Part shown: in pieces, positions 18,429 through 27,809 of the stretch
How the letters are laid out: each line of letters begins with the position of its first letter
How positions within the stretch are numbered: the first letter of the stretch is position 1
Source: Treponemataceae bacterium
GTDB taxonomy: Bacteria > Spirochaetota > Spirochaetia > Treponematales > Rectinemataceae
Assembly (NCBI GenBank): GCA_963677895.2
Contig: CAXXGJ010000006.1
Span: forward strand, 320,001 to 384,000
DNA: 64,000 nucleotides
Direction: 5' to 3'
Position numbers and translations under genes: made by a program
Notes under the pieces: model-generated
The model's database searches: none
What the model was told of the DNA's origin: nothing
The model's input: the letters and a program-made list of their open reading frames with translations, nothing else

Positions 18429-19600
18429 TATTGTTTTCCTTTAATGTAGTTCTCGGACCGCGTCGTGGTGGCGGGCGGGGCGGGGTCCAGCTTCCTGCCG
18501 GCGATGCCGAGCGCGTCTTCGGGCTTGATCCAGGGCTTGCCCTGGATGCCGCTCGCTTCCTCGTGCGTCAATAGGCCTTTGTAGGCGGTGAGGCTGCGCC
18601 TCAGGTAGCCGTCCCTCACGCAGGCTTCCGCGACGCCGTTGTTCAGGATGCTCCTGAAGTGAGGCAGCATCTCGGCCGCGTAGGCTATGGAGGTGGACTG
18701 CGCGATGGCGCCGGGAATGTTGCTGACGCAGTAGTGGACGACGCCGTTGACGACATAGCGCGGATTGTCGTGGTGGGTCTCATGGCTGCTCTCTATGGCT
18801 CCCGGATCGTCGTTGCTGATGTCCACCAGCACCGATCCAGGCTCCATGAGCTTGAGCATTTCCTTGTCGACGAGAAAATCCTTGCGCTGCTTGGGCCATT
18901 TCACGCAGTTGATGATGAGGTCGGTTTCGGGCAGGAGTTTGGCGATCACTTCCTTGGTGCAGAACATCGTGTTCACGCGCTCGTGGTACATGGGGCCGAT
19001 TTCGCGCAGGGCGGCGAGGTTGATGTCCAGGACGGTGACCCAGGCGCCGAGGCACTGGAGCACCTGGAGCGCCGATTTTCCCACGACGCCGGCGCCGAGA
19101 ATGACAGCCTTGATGCCGGGGGCCCCGGCGAGGCCGCTCACGAACTTGCCCTTGCCGCCGTTGATGGTGAGGAGGGATTCCAGGCCGAACAGCGCTCCCT
19201 GCTTGCCAGCGGCCTCGCAATTGGGCGAACCGTAGCGGTGGCTGTCCTCGGCGGTGAAGGCGATGACTTTTTTCTCCAGCAGGGCGTCCAGCTCTTCGGG
19301 GTGGCCTGCCGGATGGATGCAGGTGACGATGATCTGGCCCTCCCTGAGGAGTCCGTATTCGCTTTTCTCGATTTCCTTCACTTTCACGAGCATGTCGCAA
19401 CGGGCGTACATCTCTTCCATGGTTTCCACGATCTCCGCGCCGGCCGCCCTGTACCGCTCGTCGAAAAAGCCGCTGCCGGCGCCACAGTTCTTCTGCGCCA
19501 GCACCTTGTGGCCGTCGGCGACGATGGAAGCGACTTCCACGGGGGTCATCATGACGCGATTTTCGCCGGTCTTGATATCCTTCAGGACTCCAAAGGTCAT
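18428..19600 (-). CDS. Alanine dehydrogenase/PNT superfamily NAD-dependent dehydrogenase (copy 1, divergent)
   Basis: KDIKTGENRV, KVKE, TCIHPA, GAGVVG, DISNDDPG, YCVSNIPG; ATG 19600 after GAGGAG; TAATG coupling to the next gene. Confidence 0.85.
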   Translation of the reverse strand: MTFGVLKDIKTGENRVMMTPVEVASIVADGHKVLAQKNCGAGSGFFDERYRAAGAEIVETMEEMYARCDMLVKVKEIEKSEYGLLREGQIIVTCIHPAGHPEELDALLEKKVIAFTAEDSHRYGSPNCEAAGKQGALFGLESLLTINGGKGKFVSGLAGAPGIKAVILGAGVVGKSALQVLQCLGAWVTVLDINLAALREIGPMYHERVNTMFCTKEVIAKLLPETDLIINCVKWPKQRKDFLVDKEMLKLMEPGSVLVDISNDDPGAIESSHETHHDNPRYVVNGVVHYCVSNIPGAIAQSTSIAYAAEMLPHFRSILNNGVAEACVRDGYLRRSLTAYKGLLTHEEASGIQGKPWIKPEDALGIAGRKLDPAPPATTTRSENYIKGKQ

Positions 19601-19602
19601 GG

Positions 19603-20580
19603 TCACGCTCCTCTCTGTTTCATCAGGAAACAGGAAATATAGTGGTCGGGAGATATTTCTACCAGTTCGGGATCCGTGTGCACGCACTGCTCCATACAGT
19701 AATCGCAACGCTTCGCGAATCTGCAGCCAGGCTTCACGTTGATGGGGTTGCTGATCTCGCCCTTTATGAGGATGAATTCCTTGTTCCGCTTGGAAAAATC
19801 GGCTTCCGGTATGGCGCTGAGCAGCGCCTTGGTGTAGGGGTGCTGCGGATTTTCGAAGAGTTCGTCCGAGGGCGCCATCTCGGCGCACTTGCCGAGATAC
19901 ATGACCATGATCTTGTTCGAGATGTGCTTGACGACGCTCATGTCGTGCGTGACGAACATGTAGGTCAGCCCGAGCTCGTCCTCCAGGTCCATGAGCAGGT
20001 TCAGTATCTGCGCCTGGATGGAGACGTCGAGGGCAGAGACGGGCTCGTCGCAGACGATGAACTTGGGGTTCAGGGAGAGGGCCCGGGCGATTCCGACGCG
20101 CTGTCTGCGTCCGCCGTCCAGTTCGTGGGGATAAGAGTTCGCGTAGCGTCGAGCCAGGCCCACGAGGTCCATCAGCTCGGCGGCGCGGTTGTAAGTTTCC
20201 GCCCTTGTCTTGTACATCCTATGGATGAACATGTACTCCGCGATGACTTCTATCACGGATTTGCGCGGATCGATGCTCGAATAGGGATCCTGGAATATGA
20301 TCTGCAGGTCCTTGCGCATCTCGCGCATCTTTCTCGGACTGAGGTCCAGGATGTTCTGTCCGTTGTAGAAGACGGCGCCCGAGGTCGGATCGATCAGCCT
20401 GAGTATGGATCTTCCCAGGGTGCTCTTGCCGCAGCCCGATTCGCCCACCACGCCCACGGTCTCGCGCGGATAAATTTTGAGGTTTATCCCGTCCACGGCG
20501 TGCAGCAGGTCACCGCCCTTCAGCTTGAACAGCTTTCTCAGGTCCTTTATCTCGATCAATGGTACTCTGTTGTCGTTCAT
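19603..20580 (-). CDS. Peptide ABC ATPase (DppF type)
   Basis: [29 protein letters not shown]. Confidence 0.95.
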   Translation of the reverse strand: MNDNRVPLIEIKDLRKLFKLKGGDLLHAVDGINLKIYPRETVGVVGESGCGKSTLGRSILRLIDPTSGAVFYNGQNILDLSPRKMREMRKDLQIIFQDPYSSIDPRKSVIEVIAEYMFIHRMYKTRAETYNRAAELMDLVGLARRYANSYPHELDGGRRQRVGIARALSLNPKFIVCDEPVSALDVSIQAQILNLLMDLEDELGLTYMFVTHDMSVVKHISNKIMVMYLGKCAEMAPSDELFENPQHPYTKALLSAIPEADFSKRNKEFILIKGEISNPINVKPGCRFAKRCDYCMEQCVHTDPELVEISPDHYISCFLMKQRGA

Positions 20581-21581
20581 GGTTTCAGCCCCGTCTCTTC
20601 AGGTCGCGCCGAGCCTTGATCGAACAAATGGCAGCGCAGGGAATGTGTCCCGAAGCGGATGCTCTCCGGGTGAACCTTCGCGCAGATATCCATGCGGTAT
20701 TTGCACCTCGGTTCGAAGCAGCAGCCCTCCGGCAGGTTGGAGGGATCGGGCATCAGGCCGGGGATGGGATTGAGGCGAGCCGAGCGCGAGGAGAGGCTCG
20801 GGATGGAGCCGAACAGGCCTTCCGTGTACGGATGGTGCTTTTTCCCTAGGAAGAGGTCCTCGACGCTGCCCGCCTCGACGATCTCGCCCGCGTACATCAC
20901 CGCCACGTCGTCGCAGATTTTCGCGACGATGCCCAGATTGTGGGTAATCATGAGCATCGAGGTGCCGAGGCGATTCCTCAGTTCCTTTATCATCATGAGT
21001 ACTTGGGCCTGGATCGTGACGTCGAGGGCTGTCGTCGGCTCGTCCGCTATGAGCAGTTCCGGCTCGCAAGCCAGCGCCATCGCTATCACCACGCGCTGTT
21101 TCATCCCGCCTGAAAACTGGTGCGGATAGTCTATTTTCCTCGAAGGCAGAATTCCCACCAGCGAAAGGATCTCCTCCACGCGTTTTTGGATATCTTCTTT
21201 GCCCATCTTCTCGTTATGCAGCTCGATCGCCTCGGCGATCTGGTCGCCCACCGAGATGACGGGATTCAGGCTCGTCATGGGGTCCTGGAAAACCATGGCG
21301 ATCTTGGCTCCGCGGATCTCGCGCATCTTGGCTTCTTCCAGGCCGAGGATGTCGAGGTCGTGGAATCGTATGGATCCTTTGAGGACCCTGCCCGTGTTGC
21401 TTGGGAGCAGCCGCAGGATGGACAGGGCGGTCGTCGTCTTGCCCGCGCCCGTTTCACCCACAAGTCCCAGGGTCTTGCCCACGCCTATCTTCAGATCTAT
21501 GCCGTTGACCGCCCTGATCGTTTCCAGGTCGGTTTTATAGACGACGGTCAAGTCCTCGATATCCAGAATTGTTTCGCTCAT
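20577..21581 (-). CDS. Peptide ABC ATPase (DppD type)
   Basis: [25 protein letters not shown]. Confidence 0.95.
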   Translation of the reverse strand: MSETILDIEDLTVVYKTDLETIRAVNGIDLKIGVGKTLGLVGETGAGKTTTALSILRLLPSNTGRVLKGSIRFHDLDILGLEEAKMREIRGAKIAMVFQDPMTSLNPVISVGDQIAEAIELHNEKMGKEDIQKRVEEILSLVGILPSRKIDYPHQFSGGMKQRVVIAMALACEPELLIADEPTTALDVTIQAQVLMMIKELRNRLGTSMLMITHNLGIVAKICDDVAVMYAGEIVEAGSVEDLFLGKKHHPYTEGLFGSIPSLSSRSARLNPIPGLMPDPSNLPEGCCFEPRCKYRMDICAKVHPESIRFGTHSLRCHLFDQGSARPEETGLKP

Positions 21582-21611
21582 ACCTGTGCATTCCCTTCAA
21601 TGAATCGCGGA

Positions 21612-22580
21612 TCAGGACTTCAGATGCGGATCCAGCGCATCCCGCAGGCCATCGCCGATGAGGTTGACCGAACAGGCGGTCAGGACGATCGCCAGCGCGG
21701 GGAAGAACATGAGATAGGGCGCGTTGCGCATGTATTCGCGGGCGTCCGAAAGAAGCAGGCCCCATTCGGGCGCGGGCGGCGGCATGCCCAGCCCCAGGAA
21801 GCTCAAGGTCGATTCGTACAGGATGATCTTCGCGACGTTGAGCGTCGTGTTGACGATGATGACGCCCATGGCGTTGGGCAGGATGTGGCTCAGGATTATG
21901 CGTGCGCTGCCGGATCCGCCCGCCCTGGCCGCTTCCACGTAATCCAGCTCGGCCAGATTGAGCACCTGCGAACGGACGAGGCGAACGTAGTTCGTGAAGT
22001 AGGCCAGCGTCAGGGCGAAGAGGAGGTTTGTGAAGCTGGATCCCAGGGCGAATACCACGGCCATGGTGAAAAGAATGTCCGGTATGGACATGAAGATGTC
22101 CAGGGACCTCATGATGAGGCTGTCGATCTTTCCGCCGAAGTAGCCCGCTATGGCGCCGAGCGTGCTGCCCAGTATGCAGGATGACATCGTCGCCAGGAGC
22201 GCGACGATCAGCGACATCCTGCCGCCGTGGATGATGCGCGCGAAAAGGTCGCGGCCGAAAGCGTCCGTTCCCAGCAAATGAGCCGCCGATGGGGGAGAAA
22301 GCTTGTTGGCGAGCTGCTGTTTGGTGGCCATGCTATAGGGGGTAATGAAATTGGCGCAGAGGAGCACGAGGAAAATGGCGGTGAACATGACGAGGCCGAT
22401 GACGGCCCCCTTGCTTTTCTTGAATCGGCGCCAGATTTCCTTGGTCTGGCTCTGTTTCTTGAAGAGGCTGCTTTCCGCGGCGCCGTTCGGGATTCCATTC
22501 GTGACCCCGGCGCCGTTCGCGGCCACGGCTCCGTCCGCGGTTCCATTCCCTCGATTGTCCGTTGTTTTTATTTCCATCAT
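21612..22580 (-). CDS. Peptide ABC permease (DppC type)
   Basis: LGTDAFGRD, DYVEAARAGG, PEWG, GDGLRDALDP. Confidence 0.95.
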   Translation of the reverse strand: MMEIKTTDNRGNGTADGAVAANGAGVTNGIPNGAAESSLFKKQSQTKEIWRRFKKSKGAVIGLVMFTAIFLVLLCANFITPYSMATKQQLANKLSPPSAAHLLGTDAFGRDLFARIIHGGRMSLIVALLATMSSCILGSTLGAIAGYFGGKIDSLIMRSLDIFMSIPDILFTMAVVFALGSSFTNLLFALTLAYFTNYVRLVRSQVLNLAELDYVEAARAGGSGSARIILSHILPNAMGVIIVNTTLNVAKIILYESTLSFLGLGMPPPAPEWGLLLSDAREYMRNAPYLMFFPALAIVLTACSVNLIGDGLRDALDPHLKS

Positions 22581-22581
22581 A

Positions 22582-23523
22582 TCAACCCTTTGTCCTGGCG
22601 TACTTGGCCCTTATCCGCGGGTCGATGTAGGCGTAGATCAAGTCGACGATCAGCATGACGACCATGAAGCAGATGGCGATGAGTATGGTGCCCGCGATGA
22701 TGACGGGCTCGTCCTTGTAGGTGATGCGGTCGACGATCAGGCTGCCGATGCCGGGAATCGAGAAGAGTTTTTCGGCGACGACGGCTCCGGCGATGAGGCT
22801 GCCGAGACTCAAGCCTATGTTGGTGATGACCGGCAGCAGCGCGTTCTTGAGCGCGTGTTTCCAGATGACGACGTTCTCGGGAGCGCCTTTGGCGCGGGCG
22901 GTGCGCACGTAATCCTGCCGTATGGATTCCAGCATGGACGATTTCGTGAACCGCATGTTCATCGCGGCCGGCGGAACCGAGATGGCCAGCGCCGGCATGA
23001 TGTAGTTCTTGAATGAGCTGATGCCATAGGAAGGCAGCCAGTTGAGCTTCAGCGAAAAGAAGAAGAGAAGCAGCATGCCCAGCACGAAGGAGGGGATAGC
23101 CGCGATCAGGAAGGCGATGATGGAAGGGATGGTGTCCCACAGCGAATACTGCTTTACCGCCGCGTAGATGCCCAAGGGAATCCCGATCATGGCCGAAAGG
23201 AAGACGCCCATCAGCGCGAGCTTGATGGTAATAAGGTAGCGCGGCCATATCTCGTCGAACACCGATTGTTTCGTGAAATAGGAGGTGCCGAAATCGCGGT
23301 TCACCACCATGTTCTTGACATAGTTGACGTACTTTTTGAGAAAGGGCTGATCGTAGCCCAACTCGTGGTTGAGCTGATCGACGTCAGCCTGAGGAGCCGA
23401 TACGCCAAGCAAGGCTCGCGCCGGATCGCCGGGAGTGATGTTTCCCACAAGGAAGATGATGAAGATGACGCCCAGAATCGTGGGTATGAGAAATAGGATT
23501 CTCTTGATTATGTATCTGTACAT
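22582..23523 (-). CDS. Peptide ABC permease (DppB type)
   Basis: DFGTSY, DYVRTARAKG, HALKNA, YIDPRIR. Confidence 0.95.
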   Translation of the reverse strand: MYRYIIKRILFLIPTILGVIFIIFLVGNITPGDPARALLGVSAPQADVDQLNHELGYDQPFLKKYVNYVKNMVVNRDFGTSYFTKQSVFDEIWPRYLITIKLALMGVFLSAMIGIPLGIYAAVKQYSLWDTIPSIIAFLIAAIPSFVLGMLLLFFFSLKLNWLPSYGISSFKNYIMPALAISVPPAAMNMRFTKSSMLESIRQDYVRTARAKGAPENVVIWKHALKNALLPVITNIGLSLGSLIAGAVVAEKLFSIPGIGSLIVDRITYKDEPVIIAGTILIAICFMVVMLIVDLIYAYIDPRIRAKYARTKG

Positions 23524-23555
23524 CTAAAGCTCCATGCGGTCCGCACCATAAAGTA

Positions 23556-23597
23556 TCAGGGCATTCCCGCGCCGGATGCGGCGCGAAAACGCCCTGA
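23556..23597 (-). other. Stem-loop after the SBP gene
   Basis: TCAGGGC...CGCGCCG-loop-CGGCGCG...GCCCTGA. Confidence 0.6.
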
Positions 23598-23658
23598 ATT
23601 CTCCGTAGTGCCGATTCTACAATACGGTTCAATCAATCTTCAAGCCTGTCGTTCCAGG

Positions 23659-25200
23659 CTATTTCCTGCTGAACGTGCGCACCTTGTAGTACGTGGGAAC
23701 GGGCTGGCCGATGTTCAGGCTCTTGGACCACACGATGCCCACAGGTCTGTGCAGGCAGGGCAGGATCGTCGCGGAATCCATGACGATTGTCCAGAGTTCG
23801 GTGTAGTAGCCGCGGCGTTTCGCGACGTCGACCGTGGACACGCCGAGGTCGACGAGCTCTTCGAGCCGTTTCCAGTTGAAGGGGCCGTCCTTGTATTTGA
23901 CGACGTACATGCCGGTGGACTCGCTGTGAACCTGCTGACGGATGTTGTTGTAGTCGTAGTTGCCCGAGTCGGCGAACACGCAAATGTCATAGTTCTGCGT
24001 ATAGAGTTTCGGGGTCACGACGGCGGCTTCCATGACCGATACCGCGGCGGTGATCCCGACGTCGGCGAGGTTGGCCTGGAGAACCTGGGCCATCTTGGAG
24101 TTGTTGGAGGTGCTGGCGCCGTAGGTCAGAATGGTTCCGACATCGAGTCCCTTGGGGTAGCCCGCTTCGGCGAGCAGCTTCTTGGAAAGCTCCGGGTTGA
24201 AATCGTAGGTCTTGAATCCGTCCACGGGCGAAGTCGCCACGTATTCGGAGGGCATGTACTGCGTCGCTTCGATTCCGTAGCCGTCGCAGACCGCGAGATT
24301 GATGTCGTGCTTGTTGATGGCGTAGAAAATGGCCTCGCGCACTTTCTGGTTGGCGAGCGCCTTTTTCGGGGAAAGATAATTCACGGCCATGAACATTATG
24401 TTATTGCCCTTGATCAGCTTTCCGTTGTCGCCGGCGACTTTCGAGATCGACTTCCACGCCGAGAGGGGAACGTCTTCGAAGTAATCCAGCTCGCCGTTTT
24501 CGTAGGCGATGACCGCGGCGGTCTCGTCGGAAATGACGGCGTATTCGATATTCTTGATGGCGGGCGCGCCTCTCCAGTAACCCTCGAAGGCCTGGAGTTT
24601 GACGCCGGTGGCGATGTTGTATTCGGTGACAAAGTAGGCGCCGGTGCCGGCTTTGTTCGGGATGGTGCCGAACTTGGATCCCTGGGCCGTGACTTCCTTC
24701 TCGCTCAATATCTTGATGCAGAAGAACGTATGGCCGATCGGGGAATAAGGTTTATCCAAGGTGATCCTGACGGTGTTGTCATCGACCGCTTCAACTTTCT
24801 CGATCATCGAGGTCAGGTAATTAAACCTGGAATTCTTCATGGCGCGCTTGTAGCTGAACGCGACATCGGAGGCCTTCAGGGGATCGCCGTTCTGGAATTT
24901 CACGCCGTCCACGAGATCGATGGTGTACACTTTCTGATCTTTGCTGACGTCGATTTTCTTGGCGAGTTCCATGTAGTAGCCATTCTTGGATTCGTCCATG
25001 CCATAGAGGCCTTCGTACATCTGATGCCAGACTTTCATGTCTCGAGTGTTCGTGGTCTGTTCCCAGTCGAGCGATGCCAGCGATGCGATCAGCCTGAGCT
25101 TGAGGGGTTTGTCCTTCGCGCCCTGAGCCCAGCCCGTCAGCGTCCCAAACGCAAGCAATACCGCGATAATCAGCAAGATTCCGAGAGATCTCTTTCTCAT
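23659..25200 (-). CDS. ABC transporter substrate-binding protein, family 5
   Basis: Signal peptide, GVKFQNGDPLKASDV, AGTGAY, KKLLAEAGY; ATG 25200 after GAGGAG. Confidence 0.93.
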   Translation of the reverse strand: MRKRSLGILLIIAVLLAFGTLTGWAQGAKDKPLKLRLIASLASLDWEQTTNTRDMKVWHQMYEGLYGMDESKNGYYMELAKKIDVSKDQKVYTIDLVDGVKFQNGDPLKASDVAFSYKRAMKNSRFNYLTSMIEKVEAVDDNTVRITLDKPYSPIGHTFFCIKILSEKEVTAQGSKFGTIPNKAGTGAYFVTEYNIATGVKLQAFEGYWRGAPAIKNIEYAVISDETAAVIAYENGELDYFEDVPLSAWKSISKVAGDNGKLIKGNNIMFMAVNYLSPKKALANQKVREAIFYAINKHDINLAVCDGYGIEATQYMPSEYVATSPVDGFKTYDFNPELSKKLLAEAGYPKGLDVGTILTYGASTSNNSKMAQVLQANLADVGITAAVSVMEAAVVTPKLYTQNYDICVFADSGNYDYNNIRQQVHSESTGMYVVKYKDGPFNWKRLEELVDLGVSTVDVAKRRGYYTELWTIVMDSATILPCLHRPVGIVWSKSLNIGQPVPTYYKVRTFSRK

Positions 25201-25245
25201 TGAATTCTCCTCTTGTCGTGGTGAAAGATGTGGCCTTACTTTTGC

Positions 25246-25273
25246 ATGATACACTGTTTTTTTTGTATGTCAA
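25246..25273 (-). promoter_or_regulatory. Sigma70-type promoter of the second ABC operon
   Basis: Minus strand TTGACA-N16-TATCAT. Confidence 0.75.
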
Positions 25274-25388
25274 AGCAATTAGCTCATCAATCCCTGATGT
25301 TAAGCGATCCGGACCACGCAATCCGCGCCAAAAAAAACGCCTTTGACGGAAACTTTCGCAATCGATCCATCCATGATACTGTGCGGAC

Positions 25389-26396
25389 ATGACGAAAAAT
25401 AACTTCTATTACTATTCGCCGAATGGCGCGGTGATCGACGCGCATACCCGCGAGAATGCCTTGAGCCTGAAAAAGGAAGGTGGGTTCGTCTGGCTCGCCT
25501 ATGTCTCGCCGGACAAGGCCGATCTCGATCCACTGGTCGCCGAGCTCGGTATTCATCCTCTCTCCATAGAGGATTGTTTCGATGAGGATTACCTCCCGAA
25601 AATCGATATATTCACCGATTACACGGGAATCCTGTTCAACGATTTCCTCGCCGGAAACGAGACTTTGGGCATCAGGGAAGTCAATTTTTTCCTCGGGAAG
25701 GATTTTCTTGTCTCGGTCATCAGGGATGGATGCGCGGATCTCTACCGTTGCGAGGATATTCTCGACGAACTCGCCGTCGATGCCGCGAAACCGGTTCGGG
25801 GACCGGCGCGCGTCCTGTACGCGCTTCTCGATAGAATGATCGACAATAAATTCGGGGCCGTCGAGAAGGTGGGAGACCGGATATCGGGGTTCGAGGATTT
25901 GATTCTCACCCAAAGCGGCCCCGTCGACAACGCGGAGCTGCACGGTATAAGGCAGAACCTGATGGTCATGCGCAAGAGCCTCTTTCATGAGCGCGAAATA
26001 TTGGTGAGGATATGCAGGCACGACAGCCCCCTCATTAAGGAAGGGGATCTGGCCTATTTCAGCGACCTTTACGATCATCTGGCGAAGTTCGTGGAAATCG
26101 TGGAATCCAACCGCGAGACGGTGACGAATCTCGTGCAGATCCAGCTTTCGTTGACGAGCAACGCGATGGCCGAGTCGTCGAACCGCACCAACCACTCAGT
26201 GAATCGCCTAACGTTGATCACGACGATATTCATGCCGCTCAGCCTGATCGCCGGGATCGGCGGCATGTCCGAACTGACGATGATAGCCGGAGCGGAAAAC
26301 TGGAAAATCGTGTATCCGATCCTCCTCGGCGTCATGGCCTTGATGGGCATCGCCAACTACGCGTTCTTGAAATGGCTGGACAACAGGAGATCCTGA
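25389..26396 (+). CDS. corA: CorA family divalent cation transporter
   Basis: LGIHPLSIED, FSDLYDH, RLTLITTIFMPLSLIAGIGGMSE (GMN variant), two C-terminal TMs. Confidence 0.9.
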   Translation: MTKNNFYYYSPNGAVIDAHTRENALSLKKEGGFVWLAYVSPDKADLDPLVAELGIHPLSIEDCFDEDYLPKIDIFTDYTGILFNDFLAGNETLGIREVNFFLGKDFLVSVIRDGCADLYRCEDILDELAVDAAKPVRGPARVLYALLDRMIDNKFGAVEKVGDRISGFEDLILTQSGPVDNAELHGIRQNLMVMRKSLFHEREILVRICRHDSPLIKEGDLAYFSDLYDHLAKFVEIVESNRETVTNLVQIQLSLTSNAMAESSNRTNHSVNRLTLITTIFMPLSLIAGIGGMSELTMIAGAENWKIVYPILLGVMALMGIANYAFLKWLDNRRS

Positions 26397-27700
26397 TGGA
26401 AGCGGTAAAAAAGTTCGACATGGCGAAAAAGCCCGTCAAGCAGCGATGGTTCCTGACGCCGGTAGCCTGGCTTTTGAGTTTTCCCGAAATTCTTCAGCGG
26501 AAGCTGAAGATCACGAAAATCAATATGGAGGGAGTGAAACCTCCATATCTGCTTTTATCCAACCATATGGCCTTCGTCGATTTCAAGGTGACGACGCGGG
26601 CCATCTTCCCCCATCGCGCCAACTACGTGGTGGCGATCGATGGCTTTCTCAAAGGCGAATGGTTGCTCAGGCAGGTCGGATGCATCTGCAAGCGAAAATT
26701 CACCAACGATATTCTTCTCGTCAGGCAGATGAAGCATTCGCTGCAGGAACACAAGACTATCGTGGCGCTGTACCCCGAGGCGCGGTATTCCTATTGCGGA
26801 ACAACCTCTGTCCTGCCCGATTCCCTCGGCAAACTCATCAAGCTGTTCAAGGTGCCGGTCGTCGTGCTGACGCAGCATGGAAATTATCTGTCCCAGCCGG
26901 TGTGGAATCTCGAGAAAAGAAAGTGCGGGCTGGAAGCGACGATGGAGCGGCTCTATACGGCGGAACAAATCGAGGCGGCAAGCGTCGACGAGATAAACCG
27001 GAAAGTGAACGCCGCCTTCCGGTACGACGAATACCGCTGGCAGAAGGACAATGCCGTCGCCATCGATTTCCCGAACCGGGCCAAGGGACTCCACCATATT
27101 CTCTATCAATGCCCCCACTGCCTGACCGAATCCAGGATGAACTCCGACAAGAACGAGCTATGGTGCGAGCATTGCCACAAGCGCTGGACGATGAGCGAAC
27201 TCGGGGAACTGTCCGCCGTCGAGGGCGCGACCGAATACTCCCATATTCCCGATTGGTTCGAATTCGAGCGGAGGATGGTCCGCAGGCAAATCGAGGAGGG
27301 GGCATACTTTTTCAAAGACAGGGTCATGGTCGATTCCCTGCCCAACGCAAAGGGCTACATCCGTCTTGGCGAGGCAACCCTGACGCATTCCTCCGAAGGT
27401 TTCGTCCTGGAAAAGCTGGAAGGAGACAGGCAATTCCGCCTGGAAAAGAAACCCTCGTCGCTCTACAGCCTCCACATCGAATTCGATTATTTCGGAAAGG
27501 GCGACTGCCTGGACTTGTCCACCATCGAGGATACTTTCTATCTCTATCCCCTCACCGCTAAAAACGCGGTCACCAAGCTGCAGTTCGCGGTGGAGGAAAT
27601 GTACAAGTTCCAGGAAAAGAGAAGAATCGGCGAAATGTCGGACAGGAAGGCGGAGGCGAACGAGACAGCCGCGGTCTACGAGACGGCCGCGGCAATGTAG
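26396..27700 (+). CDS. Lysophospholipid/PlsC-like acyltransferase with Cys-rich (Zn-ribbon-like) C-terminal region
   Basis: SNHMAFVD (HX4D), YPEA; CPHC...CEHC; TGATG coupling to corA. Confidence 0.85.
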   Translation: MEAVKKFDMAKKPVKQRWFLTPVAWLLSFPEILQRKLKITKINMEGVKPPYLLLSNHMAFVDFKVTTRAIFPHRANYVVAIDGFLKGEWLLRQVGCICKRKFTNDILLVRQMKHSLQEHKTIVALYPEARYSYCGTTSVLPDSLGKLIKLFKVPVVVLTQHGNYLSQPVWNLEKRKCGLEATMERLYTAEQIEAASVDEINRKVNAAFRYDEYRWQKDNAVAIDFPNRAKGLHHILYQCPHCLTESRMNSDKNELWCEHCHKRWTMSELGELSAVEGATEYSHIPDWFEFERRMVRRQIEEGAYFFKDRVMVDSLPNAKGYIRLGEATLTHSSEGFVLEKLEGDRQFRLEKKPSSLYSLHIEFDYFGKGDCLDLSTIEDTFYLYPLTAKNAVTKLQFAVEEMYKFQEKRRIGEMSDRKAEANETAAVYETAAAM

Positions 27701-27809
27701 ATAATTTTTCATCGATATGTTGGGTGTTTCTCGAGGTTTGTGCTATCTTTTGCCTAAAGCGTGTCCGCTCAGGACAGCTACGTCTGAATCCGCCCGAACG
27801 GGGGATAGC

